Origin: a virus
Length of the DNA stretch: 64,000 nt
IMG/VR virus record: IMGVR_UViG_3300001097_000002
Coordinates: 32,887-96,886 of that record
Strand: one strand, 5' to 3'
Part shown: positions 8,804 to 18,362 of the stretch, piece after piece
How the letters are laid out: each line of letters starts with the position of its first letter
How positions within the stretch are numbered: the first letter of the stretch is position 1
Made by a program: the position numbers and the translations under genes
The notes under the pieces: generated by a model
Databases searched by the model: none
What the model saw: the letters and a program-made list of their open reading frames with translations, nothing else
Told to the model about the DNA's origin: nothing

Positions 8804-10295
8804 TTAAAAGAATGTTTTTCTGTTATGTGATTTCTTCTTGCCTACGCTTGTATCCTCAGTGGTTACATTAGCGCTTGCAACTAGACCATTATCAATATTT
8901 TCTCCATCACCAAACTTAAATATTGAACCTGAATGACGAATGTTATAATTTAATAGTTTAGTAAATGATTCAAGCGGACGCATAAACGTCACTTCAAACA
9001 TATTTTTTCTGTCTATGTAATTGTCAAGATTAAACTCCTTTGGTAATTCATCAGGATAACCAATTACAGTTGAGTTAAGTGGATTTCCGTCTACTAGGTC
9101 AAGGTACTTAATTTTACTGCCGCTTTTGATTATGGGGTGGTTCTTAGTATGGATATCACTACTTCTAACAAAGTTGTTATATGTTATAGCAGCGCGTACA
9201 TGTTTAGGACAACGCTTGATAGGTTGATTGTTTTCGTCACTCCATTTCTCAATCCCGTTAACACCTTTTGGATATGCAATTTTATTAGGATGTAGGTTTT
9301 TATAATCATTTCTAAATCCCTTAACATACTTGCGCAAACCGTCCTCGTCGCGTGTAACCATATATTTAATACATTCTGTTAGGCTGTTACGTATGACCGC
9401 AGGTGTAGAAGTCCTATTGGTTTCAATACCAAGCATTTTAAGTTTAGGCTCTGTATAACGTACGTGCTCCATATCATATACGTTTAATATATAGTTCTTT
9501 TTAGCTCGGAAAATAGCACAATCACAAATTGCCTCGCGTTTCATTATCAATCTGTTTTCCATACCGTTTAAGTATTCTGATAACTCACCGTAAGATTTTT
9601 CTATAAATGGTTCAATATTATCATGTACGTATTCGTCAATTATTGTTATTACTTCATTAGTATCAGTATTGACTGGTAAACTGTCAACCAATGGTGCAAC
9701 TGTAAAATATAGACTATCAGTGTCACCATAAATTGTATAGTCTATATTATTAGTTTTAAATTGTTCATTTAAAAAACCATTAAGCTTTTTCTCCATATAT
9801 TTAATTGCCAATTGACCTGTAGACGTAACAGCTTCTGCTATCTCACGTTTGAAATAACGAAAGCCTTCATTTCCAATCGCACCATAACCCAAGATATTAA
9901 TTCTGAACCGATAACTAACCTCAGAATAAAAGTATTTTACTACTTTTGCAACATGTCACCATGTTGATTAGACTATATCATGACCCATTCTCCAGGGCCC
10001 TCACCGTTTCCAATACTCTTGTATTGTACTCTACTAACTGCGATTAAGCGCTTTCGATAGTCGTTGCACGCATCCCGTAGGACTTTGTACATGATTGTCT
10101 TATTGTGGCTCAATAAGAGTTCCCATGTTTAGATGAGTTATTCACTTACACATTACCATGTAAGGCAGCAGTCTTGTTTTACTTGCTTTTACTGTTTGCA
10201 AGAATCTTGTAGGCGTATTGTAGTGCGTCTTCTCTGCTAACATCGTTCTCTAATTCAGCTATGCGTTTATTAATAGACGCAATATCTTTATACAT
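8804..10295 (-). CDS. gp43: DNA polymerase gp43 piece 3 (gp43B: fingers C-helix, palm motifs B/C, thumb); exon 1 10295-10191, exon 2 9889-8804
   Basis: Exon 1 MYKDIASINKRIAELENDVSREDALQYAYKILANS + exon 2 GYGAIGNEGFRYF restores motif B KILANSGYG; YGDTDS, MKRE, KKNY motifs. Confidence 0.93.
9890..10190 (-). mobile_element. Group I self-splicing intron, 301 nt, no ORF
   Basis: 5' exon ends in U (AAC AGU|), intron ends in G (..AUCUUG|GGU); R element GUGCAACGACUAUC and S element AUGAUAUAGUCUAA give P7 GACUA/UAGUC; removal restores reading frame. Confidence 0.93.
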
Positions 10296-10390
10296 ACTTT
10301 AAATATTCCTTATCTTTTGATACGATTGGATTATCGTAATTAAATATGTAACGTTTATCAGTATATTGTTGATACATAATAAACTTAATA

Positions 10391-11113
10391 TCACTTAATT
10401 CCATCTTTAATCATATCCTCTCTGAGAGCATATAACTTTTGTAACTCTCTTTCGCTGTCTTTCATACCACTCTTAATAACACTACGAGTATCAAACAAGT
10501 TTTCCATAGTGGCTGCAATAACACCAATTTTGTCTTTTGAATACAATGTACCATTAGCAGCAAGGCAATAATCTTTTTCGTGTGCTATTTTGGTACTATA
10601 TTTCATATCTATCATACTGTTTAATATATCGTCTACGTGCTCCTTTGATTTCATCACAAGAGTTTCAGCGCTCATGTTTAGCATCATTATGATAGATGGA
10701 TACAAGCTTTTTAAATCGCCACTAACAACCCAGTCAGTGCGTCCTAATACAGGTTCTTTAACGTGACCACCCATATAACTTTCACCGCCCTCAGCGTATA
10801 CTTTAGGAGGTATGACAATGCTATCTCTATCAAGTCTAGCGTAAATCATATTGTCCCATGGTTGCACGGTTGCAAAAATATCACTTGGGTTACTACGGCT
10901 TACGTGTGCAAATGATAACGCCACCTGAATAAAGTTTAGCTTGTTATCAAGTTTAGATATTAATACAGTATCAGTCTCGTTATAGTCAATAAATGTGTTG
11001 AAGCTGTCCTGTTTAACTTTTTGGTTAACATCATCATATAATTTCTTAAGCTGTTCAAAACTCAACTTGTCAAGATGGTTCTCGACAAGCATTTCATACT
11101 TTTTTAAATTCAT
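10391..11113 (-). CDS. gp43: DNA polymerase gp43 piece 2 (ExoIII, palm motif A, first fingers helix)
   Basis: FIDYNETD (ExoIII), YMGGHVKEP, SGDLKSLYPSII (motif A), ANGTLY. Confidence 0.93.
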   Translation of the reverse strand: MNLKKYEMLVENHLDKLSFEQLKKLYDDVNQKVKQDSFNTFIDYNETDTVLISKLDNKLNFIQVALSFAHVSRSNPSDIFATVQPWDNMIYARLDRDSIVIPPKVYAEGGESYMGGHVKEPVLGRTDWVVSGDLKSLYPSIIMMLNMSAETLVMKSKEHVDDILNSMIDMKYSTKIAHEKDYCLAANGTLYSKDKIGVIAATMENLFDTRSVIKSGMKDSERELQKLYALREDMIKDGIK

Positions 11114-11203
11114 ATATCACCAATGTTAGATGTTAAAAAAGGGCACCTAATTATTATAGGCGCCCATTAGTATAACATAAAATTTTATAATAGCAAGATA
11201 TAA

Positions 11204-11476
11204 TTAGATTTGCAATTTCAATTTATTAGCAGCACAATACGCACGCATAGCTTCATCAAGCAAAAGTTTATTATAACCAATCTCTATTGAATACATGTCA
11301 TTTACTAGCACCAGCGGCACTAAATTACCTTTCATATCAACATTAACCTTTGCGATAGGTTTTATATTAGTATCAAAAGTTGTCTTAGTTATATATTTCA
11401 TATCATGGTTTTTATCAAAATGATATAGAATGATAAAATCATCTGCGTTTGGTTTGTAGCTCATATAATACTCCAA
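11204..11476 (-). CDS. Hypothetical protein
   Basis: ORF with GGAG SD before MSYK. Confidence 0.55.
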   Translation of the reverse strand: MEYYMSYKPNADDFIILYHFDKNHDMKYITKTTFDTNIKPIAKVNVDMKGNLVPLVLVNDMYSIEIGYNKLLLDEAMRAYCAANKLKLQI

Positions 11477-11491
11477 ATAATAAATTAGTTT

Positions 11492-12106
11492 TTATAGATA
11501 GTCTACGATAGTATTACCTGGCGTTCCGAACATAATTTTCGTATGTTGACCACCACCAAGTTCACGACTGTAAAAATACTCTGCTAGCTCTGGATACTTC
11601 TTAGGATAAGCCGGGTCGACATGTTCAGTGTTCAGTTTCTTACCTAGAATATCGCGTGCGTCATCAACTGTCTGTGCATACTTAATCGCTTCTGACATAC
11701 CAATTGAGCGCACAACAAATTTGAGCATACCGGCACTAGTTTCACCCATTGAACGGTCAAATTCATTAGATACCAAATCAGCCAACGCAATCGCGCCTTG
11801 CTTTGTTTGGTTTGTGAAACTAGCTACTGACTTACGACCATTTTTGTCTTTGTACAACTTACCGGCAATGATTTCACCGTTTTTTCGAATCAGTTTCCAA
11901 AACGTAATATTAAGCATATCTTCAGGACTATCAAAACCAGACCCTTTAATACCACCAATCTTAGCATATGAGCGTTGAACTAAGTCCCATACTACTAACT
12001 TGTGTTTTTCTTTCTTCTCGTTATCACCAATGATATTAATGTAACGTTCGTTAAGGTCGTTACCACTATCGCGTTCATGTAAGTAATCTTCAAATGCAAC
12101 TGTCAT
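11492..12106 (-). CDS. Putative internal head protein (capsid-targeting-like N-terminus)
   Basis: MTVAFEDYLHE...DLNE. Confidence 0.65.
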   Translation of the reverse strand: MTVAFEDYLHERDSGNDLNERYINIIGDNEKKEKHKLVVWDLVQRSYAKIGGIKGSGFDSPEDMLNITFWKLIRKNGEIIAGKLYKDKNGRKSVASFTNQTKQGAIALADLVSNEFDRSMGETSAGMLKFVVRSIGMSEAIKYAQTVDDARDILGKKLNTEHVDPAYPKKYPELAEYFYSRELGGGQHTKIMFGTPGNTIVDYL

Positions 12107-12128
12107 TATTTATTCCTTTCTTAGTTTA

Positions 12129-12653
12129 TCAAGATAATACTGGATATTTATACTTTCCGACGTCCTGAATCCCATCAATTATATCAGGGGTCCGGCAAAT
12201 ACGATGGTGTCCATTGTCAAAGTATTTAACGTCATAGTTATCAGGGAAGTTATCAAATACGGCTTTAACTCCATTGTAATCAATGACTTCATCATCTTTC
12301 TCAACCAATACAGCAACATCTGCCTTACTTGGAATGAATTTAGTATTGTCATCGCAAATCTCAGGACGGTTCAATGTTGGGTTAATACAAGGACTAATCA
12401 ATACCGCATTATGTCCATATTTTACACTCATTGCGTTTGCAATGTAAGCGCCCATACTGTGACCAACAACAATAACGTCTTCATAATCACTCAAATCTTC
12501 AACCGCTTTACTAGCAATTGCGAGGGCGTTCTCCAAGCCATCATCATAGTCGATTGCAACAGCAACCTTATTAGTGAAAATGATATTAGTGAATTTGTCA
12601 GTATTAACACTACTGCCATATCCGTGAAAAAACAAAATGATAGAATCTTTCAT
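12129..12653 (-). CDS. Alpha/beta hydrolase (YqiA/UPF0227-like esterase)
   Basis: FFHGYGSS, nucleophile elbow GHSMG, DEVID, GHH. Confidence 0.85.
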   Translation of the reverse strand: MKDSIILFFHGYGSSVNTDKFTNIIFTNKVAVAIDYDDGLENALAIASKAVEDLSDYEDVIVVGHSMGAYIANAMSVKYGHNAVLISPCINPTLNRPEICDDNTKFIPSKADVAVLVEKDDEVIDYNGVKAVFDNFPDNYDVKYFDNGHHRICRTPDIIDGIQDVGKYKYPVLS

Positions 12654-12715
12654 TAACTTATCTCCTTAAAGATTTATTATAACATAATATATACTATGGC
12701 ACAACCGTAGAACCC

Positions 12716-13183
12716 TTACAATTGCGCGTATGTGAAATCATCAAGTTCATCAATAACACATTGTAAACCATTATCTTTGAAACGGTTGTAAAAGTAATTA
12801 ACTTCCTTTGAACTCAAATTATACCCTATGGATAAATCATGAAGAAACTTAGAAGTTAGTTTTGATTTCTTGGAATTATACTCGCACACGGCCGCTTTAA
12901 AGTCATCTTCAGCAACGACAACTTCGCGCACTGAATAATCAATAACAGTTTCGCGGACAATGGCTTTTTTAACGCCTAACATATCATAGTAAACATATGC
13001 ACCTTCAACCGTTTCGCGCATGCCTACAACTCGACCTAACTTGTAATAGTAGATGGTTGTGAACATTGACTGTGTTGGTACTGGTGTATCGTTCATTGTA
13101 TATTTATCTAAGTTATTCATAATAATTCTCCTATCATTTAAACTGTTTCTCAAAACTACCACTAAATTATATAACAGCCACAA
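12716..13183 (-). CDS. Hypothetical protein (likely start MNNLDK near 13120)
   Basis: AGGAG SD upstream of the internal Met. Confidence 0.6.
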   Translation of the reverse strand: MWLLYNLVVVLRNSLNDRRIIMNNLDKYTMNDTPVPTQSMFTTIYYYKLGRVVGMRETVEGAYVYYDMLGVKKAIVRETVIDYSVREVVVAEDDFKAAVCEYNSKKSKLTSKFLHDLSIGYNLSSKEVNYFYNRFKDNGLQCVIDELDDFTYAQL

Positions 13184-13229
13184 AAAAGTGTAAAGCTATA
13201 TTACATAACTTTACACTCAATGATTTAAA

Positions 13230-13661
13230 TTAAATTGTTTCGACTGATTGATAATCAATAACAGTAATAGGTACAGGTTTAACTTCAAAGTATTCAGTAC
13301 CGTCAGTATCAAATCCGTAATAACTTTCGTAATACCCGTGACATAACAGATATCTACCACTAGGCATATGTTTTACTACTTGTTCCCAATGGTCACCGTC
13401 GCCTTCTCCGCCTTGACGCCTAACAATTTCGTATAACGTTTTTTCATCAAACGCACGTAACTTGTCTTCTAGCGCATCAGTACGTTCTCGCATTTCTACT
13501 CTATCGTCACCGTTAGTTTCAACAAAATCACTAAATTGATACATAAATTCGTCTGCAAAAAATACTCTAAGCTCATTCATAACATCTTTAAAAGTTTCAA
13601 ATGATAATTCTTTACCATGTACCATTTCTTCAAGTGTGCTGATAACGTCTTCGAATTCCAT
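13230..13661 (-). CDS. Hypothetical protein, paralog array member
   Basis: QGGEGDGD, GYYESYYG, C-terminal FEVKPVPITVIDY. Confidence 0.7.
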   Translation of the reverse strand: MEFEDVISTLEEMVHGKELSFETFKDVMNELRVFFADEFMYQFSDFVETNGDDRVEMRERTDALEDKLRAFDEKTLYEIVRRQGGEGDGDHWEQVVKHMPSGRYLLCHGYYESYYGFDTDGTEYFEVKPVPITVIDYQSVETI

Positions 13662-13716
13662 AGTGTTTTCCTTTTTGATAAAATTATATGTTACTAGTTT
13701 TTAACTACATTGTCAA

Positions 13717-14064
13717 TTATAATATATAGCAATCTGCACTATCAAGATGATACTTATTAACCATTACTTTTTCCTGTATTACTTTATCCCATTTATCATG
13801 TACCCACATTTCACTATACAGTTCTTCAAAGCGCGATTGTTGATAATACTCGCCACTGACTTTATCAACATATATGTTAAAGTCAAAATAACTGCCGTGT
13901 TCAAATGACTCTACATATTCCATGCGCTCGTCAAACGCATTGACATCATCCATGAGCAAATAGCAAACAGTTACATCATATGCAAACTTTGTGCGTAATA
14001 CCAGTAAGACTTCTTGTGGTAGCATATATTCACGGTTAATAAAACGATTATATAATTCTCTCAT
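13717..14064 (-). CDS. Hypothetical protein, paralog array member
   Basis: C-terminal WDKVIQEKVMVNKY. Confidence 0.6.
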   Translation of the reverse strand: MRELYNRFINREYMLPQEVLLVLRTKFAYDVTVCYLLMDDVNAFDERMEYVESFEHGSYFDFNIYVDKVSGEYYQQSRFEELYSEMWVHDKWDKVIQEKVMVNKYHLDSADCYIL

Positions 14065-14073
14065 AACATAAGC

Positions 14074-14226
14074 CTAAATGTTGGTGTATTGGGTAACAGT
14101 AACTTCAGCGGTTTCGTATTGATATAATTGCACCAAATCAATGCAACAACCATCCATCAACACAAATAACATATCATCACGTGCTAGTTCTTTGTTGTTT
14201 AAGAAATCGTTAATTAAGTTTTTCAT
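14074..14226 (-). CDS. Short 50-aa paralog remnant (not in ORF track)
   Basis: MKNLINDFLNNKELARDDMLFVL...ETAEVTVTQYTNI; ATGA-coupled; N-terminus resembles 13717-14064. Confidence 0.55.
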   Translation of the reverse strand: MKNLINDFLNNKELARDDMLFVLMDGCCIDLVQLYQYETAEVTVTQYTNI

Positions 14227-14569
14227 AATGTTCGACACTCGTATTGTACATTTACAAGCTCTACTTTATCCCAATACTCCCAGTTTTCTGCTGTGCCATT
14301 AAGTCTATATAAGAAACCAAATGATTTAATGATAATATAGTTATAAGGCCCTTCCATTGATACGTCAATAATTTCAATGGTGTCAAGTGAAATAACATGA
14401 TGCATATATTTACATGCGTCTGTCATCAATTTCTTATCTCTTACATCAAACAGAACATTATTGTTTAAAAATTCAGCACCACTAAACTATGTTCAACAGA
14501 CATTCTGGCGCACACGATGTGACGTTGTTCTTTTGATAATCCTGCTAATTCATAACTACTCATAATCAT
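14223..14569 (-). pseudogene. Frameshifted paralog-array gene
   Basis: GGAG SD + ATG at 14569 (MIMSSYELAG...) stops early; adjacent frame (FSGAEFLNNNVLFDVRDKKLMTDAC...WDKVELVNVQY) continues; shift near 14485. Confidence 0.55.
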
Positions 14570-14603
14570 TCTCCAATAATAAAATTTATATTAAACAGTA
14601 TTG

Positions 14604-14975
14604 CTAGTACGGAGTATATACTGTTATTGTTTTTTCATGCGGCATAACTCTAGTCCAATTACCTATTTCGTATGATAGTGTATCGTATATCCTGTTAGGA
14701 TACGTAAACATATAATATACATCAGTATGTATACATTGCACAACTAAACAATCCTCTTCATCATCATCGCTACCTATAGACTCATATTCAAACATATTCC
14801 AAAATGCTTCATATAGTAACGAATGGTTAACAATAATATCATCAACGATTACCGTCTCAATTGTATCAGCATCATTTAAATCAATTTTTACAAGCGTGTT
14901 TAACAAATCAAGCAAGTCAATATTTTGCATTCTTTCATTTGCTAAAAACAAACCTAGTCTATCTAAAATATTCAT
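14604..14975 (-). CDS. Hypothetical protein, paralog array member
   Basis: C-terminal WTRVMPHEKTITVYTPY. Confidence 0.65.
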   Translation of the reverse strand: MNILDRLGLFLANERMQNIDLLDLLNTLVKIDLNDADTIETVIVDDIIVNHSLLYEAFWNMFEYESIGSDDDEEDCLVVQCIHTDVYYMFTYPNRIYDTLSYEIGNWTRVMPHEKTITVYTPY

Positions 14976-15883
14976 AATGAAAACTCCAATGATAAAATTT
15001 TACGATAATAGAACGGGTCAAATGCATCAATAATATCTGAGTAATTATCAATAGCAAACGCTCTAAAGAAACCACTTGCTAAGTCAGTACATACACGCAT
15101 CAATGCCCACATAAAAGAGCTTCTAGCGTAATATTCTTTACTGTCATTTACTAGTTTTGGAATGATGCATCGTTCACTAGCAATCACGTAACACTCTTCT
15201 AATACAGTTTGCACTTTTTCTAATTGTGTGAACTTATTCCATAAATGCTTGTAACATAACACTTCTCCGTTCTTCTGCATTTTATTATACATGGGTTTAT
15301 CATTATGTGCAAACACTTCATGCAAATAATCATGTTCGATATATTTCTTAACACCATCATCAAAAAAATGTTCTTTAGTAACATTTAGTTTAGGCAACTT
15401 TTGCGCACCAAGTCGCAAGTCTGTATCAATTCTTTGCGTTCTGATTAACTCGCTCACTGTGTATGCGCTTGTTCCATATTGTTCATCATCAGTTAAACCA
15501 CGTACTCGGTTTAACTGTACGAGGTCACTCATATGCTTATCCCATTTACGCATACGTTGGTGGATATGACCACGTTTGATAATGTATAGCATAGTTGTAT
15601 CAGCAAGGCTAATAGGCGCCCTGTAATAGGCGTTATATAGCTCTGCTAGTGTATTATCATATGCTACCAATAGTTCAATACGCTGCTCACCATCATTAAA
15701 TGGGATAATGCTGTCTTTAGATATCTTATCCCTAAAACGATACGGAATGTCTTTTGGCATAACCACAACATCCAAATCAGCTTTTGTTCTATCATCAAGA
15801 ACAGTAATCGCTTGGCTACCAACAACAATACCGTTATAAATACCGTTACTATGTAACAGCGCTTTTATATCATGAATATTCAT
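14972..15883 (-). CDS. Putative Pol-beta-type nucleotidyltransferase-domain protein
   Basis: VVGSQA...ADLDVV (GS-x-DxD); conserved-looking EHDYLHE, EECYVIASER. Confidence 0.6.
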   Translation of the reverse strand: MNIHDIKALLHSNGIYNGIVVGSQAITVLDDRTKADLDVVVMPKDIPYRFRDKISKDSIIPFNDGEQRIELLVAYDNTLAELYNAYYRAPISLADTTMLYIIKRGHIHQRMRKWDKHMSDLVQLNRVRGLTDDEQYGTSAYTVSELIRTQRIDTDLRLGAQKLPKLNVTKEHFFDDGVKKYIEHDYLHEVFAHNDKPMYNKMQKNGEVLCYKHLWNKFTQLEKVQTVLEECYVIASERCIIPKLVNDSKEYYARSSFMWALMRVCTDLASGFFRAFAIDNYSDIIDAFDPFYYRKILSLEFSL

Positions 15884-16151
15884 AAATCACCCTTGTTACT
15901 GGTTTAACTTCATACCATTCTTGTTCGTTGAATATGATGTGTGTACCATTGCGTGTATGTTGATAATAGCCGTTTTGTCGATAATGTTTACCATCATATG
16001 TGATAATCATATACGCTTGACTATCAGTCAATATTTCTATAGCCGTACATTCAGCGCGTTCAACCATGGTATCATTAATCATGACACCATATTCAACGCT
16101 TGCGTGAACTAGATGTTTATTGAGTTTATCCAAAAATTCGTCCTGTAACAT
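15870..16151 (-). CDS. Hypothetical protein, paralog array member
   Basis: DGKHYRQNGYY...WYEVKPVTRVIYEY. Confidence 0.65.
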   Translation of the reverse strand: MLQDEFLDKLNKHLVHASVEYGVMINDTMVERAECTAIEILTDSQAYMIITYDGKHYRQNGYYQHTRNGTHIIFNEQEWYEVKPVTRVIYEYS

Positions 16152-16229
16152 AATCCCTCCAATAAAAAAGTGACATACGAAATCATCTTATGCCACAATT
16201 ATAACAAATTATTGATGCGCTGTAAAGGT

Positions 16230-16634
16230 CTAAAACAAATCAACTATATTCTCAGAAAGTATTCTTGCGAAATCACCATCTAACGGTTTTGAGTTATACA
16301 CCATATTGTGCTTGATTTCAGCAATTGACAATCCTGACGGTTTAGATAGTTCTACTGCTAATGCGTTAACATTTCGCAGCGCAACATCATTAATTATATT
16401 ATCCTCGTTTTCTGCGCAATACTCCCATAATGTCATCAGTAATTCAGTAGTCATCATTTCAGCATATGCTAAGTTTTTAAACTGATAAGACATAACAATT
16501 GCTCTGGCGGTTGGCCTATACATTGTAACCGATACACCACTAAAATTTGATAATTGCATCGCCACTTCTATTTGATATTGTAGGCTAACAATCAAGTCGC
16601 CATCATCAAACTTAACAATTTCTTTAAATGTCAT
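16230..16634 (-). CDS. Hypothetical protein
   Basis: Overlaps end of gp43 piece 1; GGAGGAG SD. Confidence 0.65.
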   Translation of the reverse strand: MTFKEIVKFDDGDLIVSLQYQIEVAMQLSNFSGVSVTMYRPTARAIVMSYQFKNLAYAEMMTTELLMTLWEYCAENEDNIINDVALRNVNALAVELSKPSGLSIAEIKHNMVYNSKPLDGDFARILSENIVDLF

Positions 16635-17823
16635 TGTTCTCCTCCAACATCATATCAAGTCTTGTGGCAACCATAGTTCTAATCCTTGCCCATCGGTCTT
16701 TTTCTGGTAGTTCTTCAATGTTTGTTTCTTCTGGTAGTTCTTCAATGTTTGTTTCTTCTGGTATATCATACACACCACAATACAAGTTCATTAGACTGTC
16801 TTTGTATTCGCTATAATTTACTTTTTTCTCGCCAAGCTCAACATCAGAAATATGGTCAAGTGTATATCGTTCTTGCTTAGCCTTTGCGTACTGTTTATAT
16901 AATGCCATATAGTCTAAATGAGTAAGACCAAAGATATTATATTCTAATGATGGTGCTCGCTTGTTTTCTTTAATAACGTTCTTACCGTATGCACTAAATG
17001 GACTTAGTTTATTAGTAACAGCGTTACCTACAATCTTTCTAGCGCGAGTTACAAGATATGGTATATCAAATAACACACCAAACCAACTAGTGATAAAGTC
17101 AAACTGTTCGTCTACAAAAACGTTGATAAATGCCGTAATCAGTTCTTTCTCATTTCTACATTGTAGATACTCAATATCCGATTTTCCAGTATACCCTTTT
17201 AATCCAAGTCCGCCTGTTTTAACAATGTTATGTCCAACGATAACTTGATAGGTGATACTAAGAATTTCAGCAATTGCATCCTCGGGTTTCGGAAAGCCGA
17301 TGTTCTGGTCAGCATACGTAGAGTCTTTATACCAAACCATTTTTTTATAGAACGGGTCCATCACTTTAATATCAGCAAGATTATCGAAGTTTTTAATTTG
17401 TTTGTAAAATGCTTCTTTAGTTGGACCCTTACCTTCTTTATATACAACGGTGTCGAAATTCGTATATGTAAAACCATCACCATGATTAACTTCAATATCA
17501 AAGGATATCGTTTTATACAAAGGTTCGTCCACGCTTACTTCTTCATACTCCTTTGATATAAATTGCTGTATAGGTGAAGTGTTTCCGAATATATTTTCCA
17601 TTTGGTTGTTGTGTACGAAATCATTAAGCTTATATATAGTATCAAATTCGATACGTTTTAACTTGTCACCATACAAACTAATATAGTCTCCACTTATACT
17701 TTTTGTGAATAGTTCATATGGATAGTTTTTTACAATCTCAATATGACGTTCACCATCTTGTATATAACGATGAAACAGCGTGTCGCCCATTGTTCCCACG
17801 AACGTATAATACCGCTTACTCAT
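16624..17823 (-). CDS. gp43: DNA polymerase gp43 piece 1 (N-terminal domain + ExoI/ExoII)
   Basis: YYTFVGTMGDTLFHRYI, SFDIEV (ExoI), GFPKPEDA, TSWFGVLFDIPYL (ExoII), HLDYMALYK, YTLDHIS..ELGEKK. Confidence 0.92.
   Translation of the reverse strand: MSKRYYTFVGTMGDTLFHRYIQDGERHIEIVKNYPYELFTKSISGDYISLYGDKLKRIEFDTIYKLNDFVHNNQMENIFGNTSPIQQFISKEYEEVSVDEPLYKTISFDIEVNHGDGFTYTNFDTVVYKEGKGPTKEAFYKQIKNFDNLADIKVMDPFYKKMVWYKDSTYADQNIGFPKPEDAIAEILSITYQVIVGHNIVKTGGLGLKGYTGKSDIEYLQCRNEKELITAFINVFVDEQFDFITSWFGVLFDIPYLVTRARKIVGNAVTNKLSPFSAYGKNVIKENKRAPSLEYNIFGLTHLDYMALYKQYAKAKQERYTLDHISDVELGEKKVNYSEYKDSLMNLYCGVYDIPEETNIEELPEETNIEELPEKDRWARIRTMVATRLDMMLEENNDI
16702..16763. repeat. 27-bp tandem duplication (2.3 copies) encoding PEETNIEEL x2
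   Basis: ttctggtagttcttcaatgtttgtttc repeated exactly. Confidence 0.95.
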
Positions 17824-17861
17824 TTATAATCCTTAATAGTTAACAGATATACAATTATCAT

Positions 17862-18362
17862 TTAGTCGAACAGATTCTCATTCCATTCACGATGCCCTTC
17901 CCTAAATGCCATATTCGATTGTGTTTCTCGAACAGAAACTCTATAGCACCACACATTTTTAGCAACTTCTTTACCAAACGCTTCTTCGATAAAAATACCG
18001 TTAATGTACTTGTACACGAAGTCAGCGATTGATTCACAACCAGTATGCTCAACTTCAGTAATTTTAGCAATACCTAGTTCACCTAATGCTTTAATTTGGT
18101 TGTACATTGGGTCATCACTACTTAGCAATAAAGTATGGTCAAACCATTCCTCCAACTTTTCTTTAAGTGGTTTCAAACCACCGTATTCTACTTGTCCCCA
18201 ATTACGTGTATCTAATTCATTTGAACCAAAATATAATTTAAAACTAAAACTATATCCATGTATTTTATTACAGTGTGAATCGGCCCTCCATTGTCTGTAT
18301 GCACACGGAAAAGCATCGACATATTCTTTCGTGACTGTGTATTTGTAATTTATGTTATTCAC
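17862..18362 (-). CDS. queD: 6-carboxy-tetrahydropterin synthase / PTPS family
   Basis: CNKIHGY, LKEKLEEWFDHTLL, GCESIA, VSVRET. Confidence 0.85.
   Translation of the reverse strand: MNNINYKYTVTKEYVDAFPCAYRQWRADSHCNKIHGYSFSFKLYFGSNELDTRNWGQVEYGGLKPLKEKLEEWFDHTLLLSSDDPMYNQIKALGELGIAKITEVEHTGCESIADFVYKYINGIFIEEAFGKEVAKNVWCYRVSVRETQSNMAFREGHREWNENLFD

Noticed and set aside
8804-9892. ORF-track start at TTG 9892 for the polymerase C-terminal part
   Set aside because: The TTG is the last three nucleotides of the group I intron; the real start is ATG 10295 in exon 1.
10391-16790. Split inteins at the gp43 piece junctions (Cys in NLYCGVY; FN|T in piece 2)
   Set aside because: No block A/B/F/G patterns; the terminal extensions look helical, and FNTFIDYN aligns with normal polymerase sequence.
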